DNA of 64,000 nt from Candidatus Nanoarchaeia archaeon (GCA_035289605.1 DATDWR010000020.1:10921-74920); one strand, 5' to 3'; shown: positions 9,202 through 18,575, numbered from the stretch's first letter. Notes: generated from the letters alone by a model not told the origin. A program made the numbers and translations.

Positions 9202-9216
9202 TGTAAATAATTTACA
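9202..9216. promoter_or_regulatory. perfect 7-1-7 palindrome TGTAAATAATTTACA just upstream of TrmB paralog 1 (candidate operator)
   Basis: Read directly, 3 nt from the start codon. It is followed by a TATA-like AAATATTTAAATATTT at 9219-9234. Palindromes are common in AT-rich DNA. Confidence 0.2.
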
Positions 9217-9323
9217 GCAAATATTTAAATATTTCGCTTTAATCTAAATTTTAGGGTGATTAACATATTGAAAGAATACCATATCAGCAAGCGACGGATG
9301 AAAGAGTCAATTATTGGACTGCC

Positions 9324-9926
9324 ATGACGGGTAGGAGATTCCATAAAGAAGTAGATAATACTGCACATGCACGTCTGTTAGAACTAAGAGAGAGGGGTGG
9401 ACTTGGCTCATTATTGTGGTGTTATGACCAAAATGGACGAGAGGGTGAACAGTATAAATGGAACACCGTTGATAGACTTAAAACCACTTATATCATTGCC
9501 CAACAGCTTTTATCTCCAGAAGAAGCAAGAGAAATATTGGATCTTGCAATACATAGTAAAGTTGATTTAACAAGAAGATGGGTTGCAGAATTTAGAAAGA
9601 ATACAAAAAACGGATTATACCAAGTATCAAATGTGAGAACTGGAGATTTAGGCTTAAGAACTCACATGCCTGATCCTCAAACAGGATTTGGTTCTGAGAG
9701 TTATTTTGGTGCATATAGAATAGCTGCTAATGGTGATGATAAACATGGATTAGAGGGATTAACTATGACTGAAATAGAGTACAAAGATGAAGATGGAAGA
9801 GATATCCTCAACTATGTTTCTGCTTCTGAGGAATGGACTCCTAAAGAGAGAACGTTAAGAGAATTTGTAGAAAGAATGGTATCTATTCCTTGCAAAACTT
9901 TCATGCTTGGACTTCCTAGATATTAA
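9324..9926 (+). CDS. hypothetical protein (compositionally atypical: R/G/E/W-rich)
   Basis: 200-aa ORF with no recognisable motif. By eye it is more GC-rich than its neighbours. Confidence 0.5.
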   Translation: MTGRRFHKEVDNTAHARLLELRERGGLGSLLWCYDQNGREGEQYKWNTVDRLKTTYIIAQQLLSPEEAREILDLAIHSKVDLTRRWVAEFRKNTKNGLYQVSNVRTGDLGLRTHMPDPQTGFGSESYFGAYRIAANGDDKHGLEGLTMTEIEYKDEDGRDILNYVSASEEWTPKERTLREFVERMVSIPCKTFMLGLPRY

Positions 9927-10675
9927 ATCTTAACCATGTTCCATATCTTATTAAAAAATTCCCTATAACTCTTAGCAGTTTGTGGGGAAATTATCTCAAC
10001 TGCAAATGTATCTGGATAGGCAGTTTCTATTATTATCCTATTTTTTCCTATTGTTATTCCTTGATTTAGTGTTAACTCATGGAATTTTATTTTGTATTCT
10101 TTTTTTGATGGAAAATGTTTTTTGAATACTTCTCTTAATTCAGGCAAAGCAATCCCTCTGGCAGTAACACCTCTTGCATCCCTTTTTGCATGTATGCTCT
10201 TGAACATTAATTGGACATATTTATTCTGTAAAGCATCTTTTTCAACTGAAAAGAAAACATATTCTTCTCCTTTATTTAATTCATTAATCAAGTTCATATG
10301 TGCTGTTTTTAGTCCCAGCAGTCCTCTGTAGATATTTGCGCTTTCTTCAACATACTTTTTTAAAGATTTTTTTATTGAGTCTATTAATTCCTTTGTATGT
10401 TCTTCTGCTTCTTCCAATTTCTTTTTTTCATCCTTGATAAAATCCAGCAGATTCTCAGGATCAGCTAGATGAAATTCCTTAATGTTATTTTTTACAATAT
10501 AGTTTACTAAGCCCTTGTTTGTTAGTTTATCCAAAATTAAATATACCTTAGAACTAGACACTCCTGAATTTTCTATTATTTTAGTTATTGTACTTTTCCT
10601 TAATTTTATTAAAGATTCATACACTTTTATTTCGCCTTCTGTAAACCCTATTTCTTTTAATTTATTCAAATCCAT
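9923..10675 (-). CDS. TrmB-family transcriptional regulator (paralog 2)
   Basis: IGFTEGEIKVYESLIKLRKSTITKIIENSGVSSSKVYLILDKLTNKGLVNY wHTH. Same length class and C-terminal pattern as paralogs 1 and 3. Confidence 0.8.
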   Translation of the reverse strand: MDLNKLKEIGFTEGEIKVYESLIKLRKSTITKIIENSGVSSSKVYLILDKLTNKGLVNYIVKNNIKEFHLADPENLLDFIKDEKKKLEEAEEHTKELIDSIKKSLKKYVEESANIYRGLLGLKTAHMNLINELNKGEEYVFFSVEKDALQNKYVQLMFKSIHAKRDARGVTARGIALPELREVFKKHFPSKKEYKIKFHELTLNQGITIGKNRIIIETAYPDTFAVEIISPQTAKSYREFFNKIWNMVKI

Positions 10676-10731
10676 TATCTCACTAAGGGGGAGAATACAT
10701 ATATAATACTTTCGATTGTCATTTAACAGTT

Positions 10732-11358
10732 ATGAAAAGAACAAATTGGGATCAGTTAGCTGAAGAATATGCAAGTAGGGACTTTCCGGAAAGAGATTGG
10801 AATTTTGGTTATGAAAATGTTTTAAACCTATTAAGAAAAATTGCTGGGGAAAAAATATTGGATTATGGCTGTGGTTCTGGAAAATTTTCAAGAGTTCTTG
10901 CTGAAAGAGGAGCGCAGGTTTTAGGAATAGATACTAACGAAACAATGTTAGATTTAGCAAGAAGACAAGATTGTAAAAACATATATTATGGATTACCAGA
11001 GGATATTTCAAGTTTAGGCTATTTTGATGGAGCCGTTCTTAATTATGTTATTTGTGGCATGAGAGATGATATAGAAGTAAAAGAGGTTTTAAGAGGCATT
11101 TATACACAATTAAAACTAAACGGTTTACTTATTGTTCTTGATCCGCATCCTGCAACAAGAACCATTAGAACTGATGGAGAACCAAATGAAGTAGTTTTAG
11201 AAGGCATGACGAAACCAGTATTAGACTATTGGCGCCCAGTAGATAAATATATTTCTATTGTTTCTAGGGTAGGATTTACAATAGATAATGTTCTCGAGCC
11301 GAAAAATGAAGAGGGCATTCCTCAAATGCTTATAATAAAAGGAAAGAAAAATGTATAA
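10732..11358 (+). CDS. class I SAM-dependent methyltransferase
   Basis: Motif I ILDYGCGSGKFS. It is divergent from TrmB paralog 2 and overlaps the next gene by 8 nt. Confidence 0.8.
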   Translation: MKRTNWDQLAEEYASRDFPERDWNFGYENVLNLLRKIAGEKILDYGCGSGKFSRVLAERGAQVLGIDTNETMLDLARRQDCKNIYYGLPEDISSLGYFDGAVLNYVICGMRDDIEVKEVLRGIYTQLKLNGLLIVLDPHPATRTIRTDGEPNEVVLEGMTKPVLDYWRPVDKYISIVSRVGFTIDNVLEPKNEEGIPQMLIIKGKKNV

Positions 11359-12073
11359 AAATCATTTTCCGTTTGGAATACAAGTTTATGGAGAAACTAT
11401 AGGCGAAATTTGGATAGATATCATTGAAGCAGTAATCAAAGAAGGAAAAAACTGTTTTGATGAAGGTAGAAAAAGAAAAGCCTTAGAAAATGTTCGATTT
11501 AAGTCAAATACTCAAATAATGCCGGATGAATTAATATTAAAATATGGGGATGAAGAAAACCTTAATTCTATGTTAGATCTTACTTTTAAAGAACCAAAAA
11601 TGTTTGATTGTGATATTACTCCAAGTTTTAGTTCCGGAGCAAAAAGTTATTATCAAAGAATAAAAGAAGGGAAATTAATTGAATATGTAATAAAACGTTT
11701 AAGTCAAATCCCTGAGAGTAAAAAAGCAGTAATAGTATTCCCCAATTATGATGATTATCAACAAGTTCTAAATAATATGAAAGACGATTATTTACCCTGC
11801 TTAATTTCTATACAATTTCGCTTAGTTAAGTCAGATGATAAAAATCATATTCTAAATGCAACTTGTAATTTTAGATCATTAGACATCTTACAAAAAGGAC
11901 ATGGAAATTTATATTCTATAGCAATGATGAGCAAGATTATTGCAGAAGAATTATCTAAAAATTTGAAAACCAATGTGGATGTAGGATTCTTAGATGCCAT
12001 GATAACAGATGTGCATATTTATGAAAATACAATTGAAGAAGCGAATAAAATTTTAAATCCTATAAACAAATAA
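11351..12073 (+). CDS. thymidylate synthase (ThyA)-fold pyrimidine C5-modifying enzyme
   Basis: Motifs align to ThyA: DDYLPCLISIQF (catalytic Cys context PC..QF), NFRSLDILQKGHGNLYS (RS.D..G..N) and DVHIYENT (D.H.Y.N). Confidence 0.6.
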   Translation: MYKNHFPFGIQVYGETIGEIWIDIIEAVIKEGKNCFDEGRKRKALENVRFKSNTQIMPDELILKYGDEENLNSMLDLTFKEPKMFDCDITPSFSSGAKSYYQRIKEGKLIEYVIKRLSQIPESKKAVIVFPNYDDYQQVLNNMKDDYLPCLISIQFRLVKSDDKNHILNATCNFRSLDILQKGHGNLYSIAMMSKIIAEELSKNLKTNVDVGFLDAMITDVHIYENTIEEANKILNPINK

Positions 12074-12086
12074 AGCTATAAATAAG

Positions 12087-12110
12087 AAACACGGAAAGAT
12101 CTCCATGTTT
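12087..12110. terminator. imperfect hairpin between convergent genes (AAACACGGA-AAGATC-TCCATGTTT)
   Basis: 8 of 9 bp stem read by eye, followed by a T-run. It sits between the ThyA-like (+) and VirB4-like (-) stops. Confidence 0.2.
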
Positions 12111-12183
12111 TAGCTTTTTAAGGCTTATAAGTTGAAAGGGACACGGAAAAACCAGCCCTAAATATATCTATATTTTTGTCCGC

Positions 12184-15100
12184 TTACCCGAAGATTTTAT
12201 TGATATATTCTATTATTTGTTCCCTGCCTATTATCTGAATTCCAAATTTTTTGTATAGTTTAGATTTTTTAATTTCAGTAAGAACAATCACACAATTATT
12301 TCCATACTCATTCTTTACTGATGTAAACTTGTCTTTTATTCTGTCTTTATGCTTTTTATATCCTTCTCCTGTTTCAATTTCAATAGCGTATCTCTTTCCT
12401 TTATTGTCTGTAAATATTATGTCTGGTTTTACTGTTAGGTGTCTTTCAACGTTCTTAGTTTTAGTCAAGATATATTGGTAAATAATAGAGGTTACGAATG
12501 AGTGCATGATGCTTTCTGGCAGTTCTTCTTTTACTAAATATTCGTTAGGATTTCCTTTAGTTGTGAACTTATGGAATTTTCCAGGCTTATATCCACGATC
12601 TGTTAAGTATTGTGCTTGTTCTATTGTTATCTTGTTTCTTTCATAATAAGGAATAGCTGTATCTAGTTTTGCATCTATTTTTTTCTTGTCTAAAGGTTTT
12701 CTTTCTTTTCTTCTTTCACTTTCTAGTATTTCATCAGGATTAGTAGTAATTAGTTTATGTTCTTCTTCACTTGCTTTAATCTCTAGTTCCTGATGTTCAT
12801 TATCTAAAATTAATAATCCTGATCCTATGCTGCAAGTTAAAAGAATGTTTTTTTCTGAAGGACTAAGATTGAATACTCTTGCAATACTGTCAATAACAGC
12901 TGGTTTTTGTCTTAACAAAAAAGTATAAGATGAGTTTGCTAGTGCTGCGTGTCCGGCTTTACTATTAACCAAATCAGCAACATCCTGAGTAATCATTAAC
13001 AAACCTAAATTAAATTTTCTGCAAGTTTTTACAATTTCAAAAATGTATCCTTCTTCTTCGCTCCTAGCTAGTAAACTCCATGCTTCATCAAGAACTAAAA
13101 GTTTTCTTGTCAAATCTTTTTTCATTCTAGTATAGATATAATCAAGAACAAGGAACATTATTATTGGCTTTACCTGCTTTGGCATGAAACCTATATTAAA
13201 GCACACAAAATCATTACTGAAATCAATATTAGTCTGCTTGTCTAAGAATCCAAAAACTCCATCTTTAGTATAAATGTATAATCTGTTTATCAAAGCAGTA
13301 TATGTTGACTTTTCAGTATTGTCTGCTTTACTCATCATATCAATTAAGGTGTTGTATAAACTGCTTATTGTTGGTGTTTGTATTCCGTCATAGTTTCCTT
13401 TCTTTCTTATACCGTCTCCATTATATGTTTCATCTACAGCCTTGTCTAAAACTCCTCTTTGAACTTCTGAAAGCTCTCCAAGCATTATCTTGAATAAATC
13501 TATTAACTGTAATCTTTTTTCTTCATAAGAATGCCCCATTAAGTCTAAAGGATTGATTATTGTTGTAGAATCTTTAGAAATTGTTATTATTTGTCCTTTG
13601 CATTCTTTAGTTATTGCTGCATACTCTCCCTGTGGGTCAATAATTAGTATTTTAGTTCCCTGCATGAACAATCTTGTAAGTAATAATTTAGTAAAATAAG
13701 ACTTTCCACCCCCACTAGTAGCTAAAATTAACCCATTAGCATTAGTCAACTTGTAAAGGTCTTTAATGAAAGGTATCTTATTTTTATTTAAACCAAGCAT
13801 TATTCCTTCAGGCTCACAACTCAAAAAAGGGCTAGTAAAAGGAAAGAAAGCACTAAGAGCTTCAGTTGTAATATTTCTTTTTAATTTAAGATAGTCTTCT
13901 CCAACTGGAATTATGCTCTTGTAAGCATCACTTTGCCTGAATATCGGAACTTTAGGCTGAATCATCAAAGAATTTAGTTCACTGGAAACTTTTTGTGATA
14001 ATAAATCCAAATCTTCATATGGCTTAATTTTTTCTTTATACTCTAATAACTTATTTATTCTTTTATTATACTTTTCAGGTTTTTCTTTTTCTCCCTGAGG
14101 ATTTACTTCTTTAATTTTATTAATGTCTTGTTGTGTCAGCTTGTAGTTTTCTGTCTTCTTAGTCTTACAATTAATATAAAGTGAAACGTTGAAAAGTTTT
14201 TGTTTTCCTTTCTGCAACTCTTCCAGAACTTTTCTGGTTCCTGAATACTTTATTTCTAAAGATGGATTTATTATTCCTTTAAGGCTTTCAGAAAACATGT
14301 CAGCTCTCTGCTTTTTTAGTTCATTATTTAATTGTATAAGCATGAATTCTATAGGAAAAGGCTCTAAGTGAATACTAATATCAAAATTATCATTACTACT
14401 AATAATCTTATCCAAGAAACCTTTCTCTACACTATTAGGATAGCCTACAGCTGCAACAACCCTGTTCAAGCAATTATTAACTTCAAGATGATTCTTATTA
14501 TTAATTATAAGTTTAGGACTAACTATACAACCATTCTTTATTTCTCCCTCTTTATTATTTAATGGCTTGAAGTCTTTATACTGGTTAAAATAATTATATA
14601 ACTTGTTTAGCAAAACTTTATTCTTTTCTGTGCTTTCTACCTTGCTTACTTTTAAACCTATACTTCTTAACTTGCTTTCTACTATGTTTACTTCAATATC
14701 TAAGCTATTCTTTTCTTTTACTACAATGTAGAACTTCCTGTTCTTAATTTCATTAACACTAATACTATTATTAATAAAATTCTTATAATCATTAAATAAC
14801 TTGTTAAAATCATTCCTTAACTTATTCTTTAATACATTAAAATGGTCTTCTAAGCTAATATTTTCAGAAGCTATTAATATCTGTACTGGAAAGTCTATAC
14901 TGTTCAAGAATTTCTGGAAACTTTGAATAATAACCTCTTTTTCTTCATCACTCTTAATATTAAAATTGATAGGCTGAACTTCTAATAAAACTATTCTTTG
15001 ATTCTTATTATTAATAATATAACTGTCTGTAACTTCATTAATTCCTATAAAGCTCTTCATTGAACTAGAAAAGTCATCTGTCCTTCTAAACTTGAAAAAA

Positions 15101-15324
15101 TGAATAAAATTCTTAATCCAGACTTTAGCACTAAAAAACATAAATAATATTGCTATAATAGTTATGAAAATAATTAAAGTAAACTTTAGATTATTATTAC
15201 TTATTAACTTGAAAATTATTGTACTAAAACCTAAAGAAACACCTGAATAAATCAACTGTTCGAAAGTCAAACTAAATATGATCTTCTCTTTATGCTGCAA
15301 AGGCGGTGGAATTTCGTAAGACAT
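12184..15324 (-). CDS. VirB4/TrbE/CedB-type conjugation ATPase with N-terminal membrane hairpin and C-terminal PD-(D/E)XK-like domain
   Basis: Walker A ATSGGGKSYF, Walker B LLVLDEAWSLL and MITQDVADL are present. The N-terminus has two TM helices (VirB3-like). The C-terminal ~190 aa contain ESIMHS...VKPDIIFTDNKGKRYAIEIETG. Confidence 0.8.
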   Translation of the reverse strand: MSYEIPPPLQHKEKIIFSLTFEQLIYSGVSLGFSTIIFKLISNNNLKFTLIIFITIIAILFMFFSAKVWIKNFIHFFKFRRTDDFSSSMKSFIGINEVTDSYIINNKNQRIVLLEVQPINFNIKSDEEKEVIIQSFQKFLNSIDFPVQILIASENISLEDHFNVLKNKLRNDFNKLFNDYKNFINNSISVNEIKNRKFYIVVKEKNSLDIEVNIVESKLRSIGLKVSKVESTEKNKVLLNKLYNYFNQYKDFKPLNNKEGEIKNGCIVSPKLIINNKNHLEVNNCLNRVVAAVGYPNSVEKGFLDKIISSNDNFDISIHLEPFPIEFMLIQLNNELKKQRADMFSESLKGIINPSLEIKYSGTRKVLEELQKGKQKLFNVSLYINCKTKKTENYKLTQQDINKIKEVNPQGEKEKPEKYNKRINKLLEYKEKIKPYEDLDLLSQKVSSELNSLMIQPKVPIFRQSDAYKSIIPVGEDYLKLKRNITTEALSAFFPFTSPFLSCEPEGIMLGLNKNKIPFIKDLYKLTNANGLILATSGGGKSYFTKLLLTRLFMQGTKILIIDPQGEYAAITKECKGQIITISKDSTTIINPLDLMGHSYEEKRLQLIDLFKIMLGELSEVQRGVLDKAVDETYNGDGIRKKGNYDGIQTPTISSLYNTLIDMMSKADNTEKSTYTALINRLYIYTKDGVFGFLDKQTNIDFSNDFVCFNIGFMPKQVKPIIMFLVLDYIYTRMKKDLTRKLLVLDEAWSLLARSEEEGYIFEIVKTCRKFNLGLLMITQDVADLVNSKAGHAALANSSYTFLLRQKPAVIDSIARVFNLSPSEKNILLTCSIGSGLLILDNEHQELEIKASEEEHKLITTNPDEILESERRKERKPLDKKKIDAKLDTAIPYYERNKITIEQAQYLTDRGYKPGKFHKFTTKGNPNEYLVKEELPESIMHSFVTSIIYQYILTKTKNVERHLTVKPDIIFTDNKGKRYAIEIETGEGYKKHKDRIKDKFTSVKNEYGNNCVIVLTEIKKSKLYKKFGIQIIGREQIIEYINKIFG

Positions 15325-15338
15325 TAGAAATCAATAAA

Positions 15339-16037
15339 TCAATATTTTTTAGCTACTAAATAAGAAACATCACAATTTTTTATGTAATTCTTCCAGAATT
15401 CTTTTCCATATAATTTAATTCCTTCTGAAGACACTATTGGCTTAAACCATTTGATTGAGTTAAACCCCGCTTCTTTTAGAAGTTTTTCTATATTTTCTTT
15501 TGTATGAAAAAAAGAACTTAAAGTCATTAAATATTTTTTATTGTATAAATGTATTAATATTACGGCTCCTTCTTTTAATTTTGGTGTAACTTCTTTTATT
15601 GAACCATATTCTCTTGAATCTTGATAAGTAGAATTAGGCATATCAAAAATACAGACTATTTTTCCAGATTGGTTTAATGAATTATAAAATTTTTTGAATA
15701 ATCTACTTAAACCATTATACTTTTCATAATTTAATACAAAAGGAGCAACAATAATATCAGATTTAGGATAATCAAAATTATTCATATTAGCAATTATGTA
15801 ATTTGTGTTTGGTAAAGAATTTCTCTTAGCGCTTTCTATAGCTTCTTTTGCTATATCTATACCATAAATTTTCTTAGAATCTCTTGCTAGATTTTTAGTG
15901 AAAAATCCATCACCACAACCAATATCAATTAAAGTTTTATTCTTGATACTGCCACATAGTTTTATGACTGTAGGAAGCATACTATATTTCTTATCTGGCT
16001 TATCGTGAGTCCTATAATATTTATTGAATTTTTGCAC
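15339..16037 (-). CDS. class I SAM-dependent methyltransferase
   Basis: Motif I LIDIGCGDGFF. It overlaps the upstream transporter gene by 17 nt. Confidence 0.75.
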   Translation of the reverse strand: MQKFNKYYRTHDKPDKKYSMLPTVIKLCGSIKNKTLIDIGCGDGFFTKNLARDSKKIYGIDIAKEAIESAKRNSLPNTNYIIANMNNFDYPKSDIIVAPFVLNYEKYNGLSRLFKKFYNSLNQSGKIVCIFDMPNSTYQDSREYGSIKEVTPKLKEGAVILIHLYNKKYLMTLSSFFHTKENIEKLLKEAGFNSIKWFKPIVSSEGIKLYGKEFWKNYIKNCDVSYLVAKKY

Positions 16038-16719
16038 TTTTCCCGTACATTATTATTCTATTTATATACATGAAAGGAATATCTATAACTGCAACAACCC
16101 ATTTGATTACGATTGTCCCTATAATTATCGGAAGTAAGGGTTGAACACCATAGAATGCTATTGAAGCAAAGATTACGCTATCTAACGCCATTGAAGGGAT
16201 AGAACTTAAAGCATTCCTTGCCCATAAATGTTTTCCATTTGTCAGTTTTTTAAATAATGCAAAAATGTAAGCATCAGCATTTTCACTAATTAAGAAAGCG
16301 CACCAACTTGCCAAGATAATTCTTGGAACAAAACCAAAGATTTTCTGAAATATTTCTTGATTATTCCAAAAAGGAGCTGGAGGCAGACTTATAGCAATCC
16401 AAATAAAGAAGGTTACAGCTATTTGTGTTATAAAAGCTATAAAAATCATCTTCTGAGTTTCTTTTCTTCCAAACCTCTCATTTACTATATCTGTTAACAA
16501 AAATGTAAGAGAAAAAACTATGACTGGAGAACCTGTATAAAACGTGACAAATCCAAAATCAAACGCTGCAATCTTAAAAGCAATAATATTACTGATTAAA
16601 ACAAAAGACACATACAAACCAATCAATGCATCAGGAGTGTTATATTTTTTAACATACCAAGAGCCAAAGAATGTAAAAGCACTTACAACCAAAATCCATA
16701 AAATTATAATTAATAACAT
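16021..16719 (-). CDS. YhhQ/VUT-family (queuosine-precursor type) transporter
   Basis: ~6 TM, 232 aa, with LLTDIVNERFGRKETQKMIF and ENADAYIF / ALDSVIF patterns as I recall for the DUF165/YhhQ family. Confidence 0.55.
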   Translation of the reverse strand: MLLIIILWILVVSAFTFFGSWYVKKYNTPDALIGLYVSFVLISNIIAFKIAAFDFGFVTFYTGSPVIVFSLTFLLTDIVNERFGRKETQKMIFIAFITQIAVTFFIWIAISLPPAPFWNNQEIFQKIFGFVPRIILASWCAFLISENADAYIFALFKKLTNGKHLWARNALSSIPSMALDSVIFASIAFYGVQPLLPIIIGTIVIKWVVAVIDIPFMYINRIIMYGKSAKIQ

Positions 16720-16788
16720 TAGTTTTTTAACACTCCAATCTAAAGATTAATACAAAATATTTAAATAATAGTTCTCCCACTTAGGAGT

Positions 16789-17526
16789 ATGGCAATAGAA
16801 GATTTAAAGTTCTTAGACTTGACAGATAATGAAATAAGGGTATATTTAGCCATTCTAAAAAATGGGAAACTTACTGGCACTAAGATAAAACAAATAACCA
16901 GTATAGCCAACTCAAGAGTTTATTCAGCAATAGATTCACTAATATCAAAAGGAATAATTATTTATGAAAAACACCAAAAAGGAAGATTATACGCAGCTAT
17001 TAATCCTGAAATATTAAAAGAATTAATGAAAGAAAGAATGGAAAAAATAGAAAAAACCATACCAATACTAAAAGAATTACAGAGTAATGAAAAAACTGAA
17101 ACAGAAAGTGCAGTATTTGAAGGACTACAAGGATTTAGAACAGCATTAATAAAGTTGGCAAACGAGTGTCCAATAGGAGAAACAATACATATCATAGGAT
17201 TTTCAAATCAAAACTACAAAAATGAAAAACTGGCAGCAATATTAAACACTGTAAACAAAATATCAATGAAAAGAAAACACAAATTCAAAATGATACTGGA
17301 TGACGAAGAAAATAAATTCTTCGAAAAAAGAAAAAAGGAAGGATTATCAGAAATAAGATTCATGGGAAACAACTTCAAAAGTCCAGCAGCAATAGACATA
17401 TTCCAAGACTATGTATACATATTACTATGGGATGAAAACCCCTATGCATTTATAATAAAAAACAAAAACATAGCAGAAGGATTCAAAATATACTTCAACT
17501 TCCTATGGAACATGGCAAAAAAGTAA
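16789..17526 (+). CDS. TrmB-family transcriptional regulator (paralog 3)
   Basis: LDLTDNEIRVYLAILKNGKLTGTKIKQITSIANSRVYSAIDSLISKGIIIY wHTH. It is divergent from the transporter-methyltransferase pair. Confidence 0.8.
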   Translation: MAIEDLKFLDLTDNEIRVYLAILKNGKLTGTKIKQITSIANSRVYSAIDSLISKGIIIYEKHQKGRLYAAINPEILKELMKERMEKIEKTIPILKELQSNEKTETESAVFEGLQGFRTALIKLANECPIGETIHIIGFSNQNYKNEKLAAILNTVNKISMKRKHKFKMILDDEENKFFEKRKKEGLSEIRFMGNNFKSPAAIDIFQDYVYILLWDENPYAFIIKNKNIAEGFKIYFNFLWNMAKK

Positions 17527-18435
17527 TTAAACTCCTCCAGCAGCCATCATAATTCCTGTTTTTATTTCAGAATAGACTTCTCCCATTCCTGATTTGTTAA
17601 TTATGAACTTAATCAGTAATAAGAATACTAAGTCTACAAGCAAAAAACTAACAATGTAAAATATTATTGTAAAGTGTTCTACTATTGGAGCAGTAACAAG
17701 CAAACTACAACCTAAAATTATTATAGAACAAATAAAAGGAATAAAAATAAGCATAACAATCAAGTTAATTATAAGCTTGCCATAACTTCTAAGGAAATGA
17801 ACAAAATAAAGAAATATTCCTATAGGAAAGAATATCACTCCAAGACTAACAAAAACCCATCTGGCTAATAAAAAAATACAAGTAATAATCAAGACTAACA
17901 CATAAGGAATAATCATCAAAATCTGCAATAAAGCATTACCAAAACTATCACTAGTAACAGTAAAAAAAGAAGGACTAACATTACTAAAAACATAACCAGT
18001 CAAGCTAGAATTTAATTCAATTAGTAAATTGTATAAATAAAAACTAGAACTAACCAAAACCAAAGCAATAATCATGTTCTTTATTGATTCTTTAGCATGA
18101 TGTCTTTTAACTATATCTTCACTGTTCAAAATAAAAACACTACCTGAATACAAAAGAAAGAAGATATAGAATACACTAATAATCCCAATAATAGTAAACC
18201 AGGCACTCTCAAAAACACCAGTATTGGGAATAGTAGTCATCAAGTCAACAACCCAACTAATAAAAGGCTGAGCAGCTAATCCTGTAGTATGAGAAACTAT
18301 TCTTGCTACATCACCAAGACAACTCAAAAGAGAGAAAAAAGAACAACCAGAATCATTACTATCTGAAGAATCAGCTAAAGACATAGGCAAGACTAAAAGA
18401 AGAACTACAAATAAAGTTAGAAGTTTAGATTTCAT
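17527..18435 (-). CDS. polytopic membrane protein with signal peptide (VirB6/TrbL/CedA-like candidate)
   Basis: Signal peptide, a short Ser/Asp/Cys-rich ectodomain, then ~6-7 TM helices. The assignment rests on topology and context only. Confidence 0.4.
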   Translation of the reverse strand: MKSKLLTLFVVLLLVLPMSLADSSDSNDSGCSFFSLLSCLGDVARIVSHTTGLAAQPFISWVVDLMTTIPNTGVFESAWFTIIGIISVFYIFFLLYSGSVFILNSEDIVKRHHAKESIKNMIIALVLVSSSFYLYNLLIELNSSLTGYVFSNVSPSFFTVTSDSFGNALLQILMIIPYVLVLIITCIFLLARWVFVSLGVIFFPIGIFLYFVHFLRSYGKLIINLIVMLIFIPFICSIIILGCSLLVTAPIVEHFTIIFYIVSFLLVDLVFLLLIKFIINKSGMGEVYSEIKTGIMMAAGGV

Positions 18436-18575
18436 TTTTAGAAAGAAAATTTATTTTATAATAATCATTAGAATTTTCAGGCACAAACCAAATGGTTTTT
18501 GCATTTTCCTAATACTTTGATCTAGATTAAAGTTATAGTTAATTATTTAAACTAGAATAAACCTAAAATCTTGAT

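Noticed and set aside
9219-9234. 16-nt perfect palindrome AAATATTTAAATATTT, with a similar AATATTTAAATAA upstream of 16789
   Set aside because: It is likely just a TATA-box-like promoter sequence. Such AT palindromes are expected by chance in this composition.
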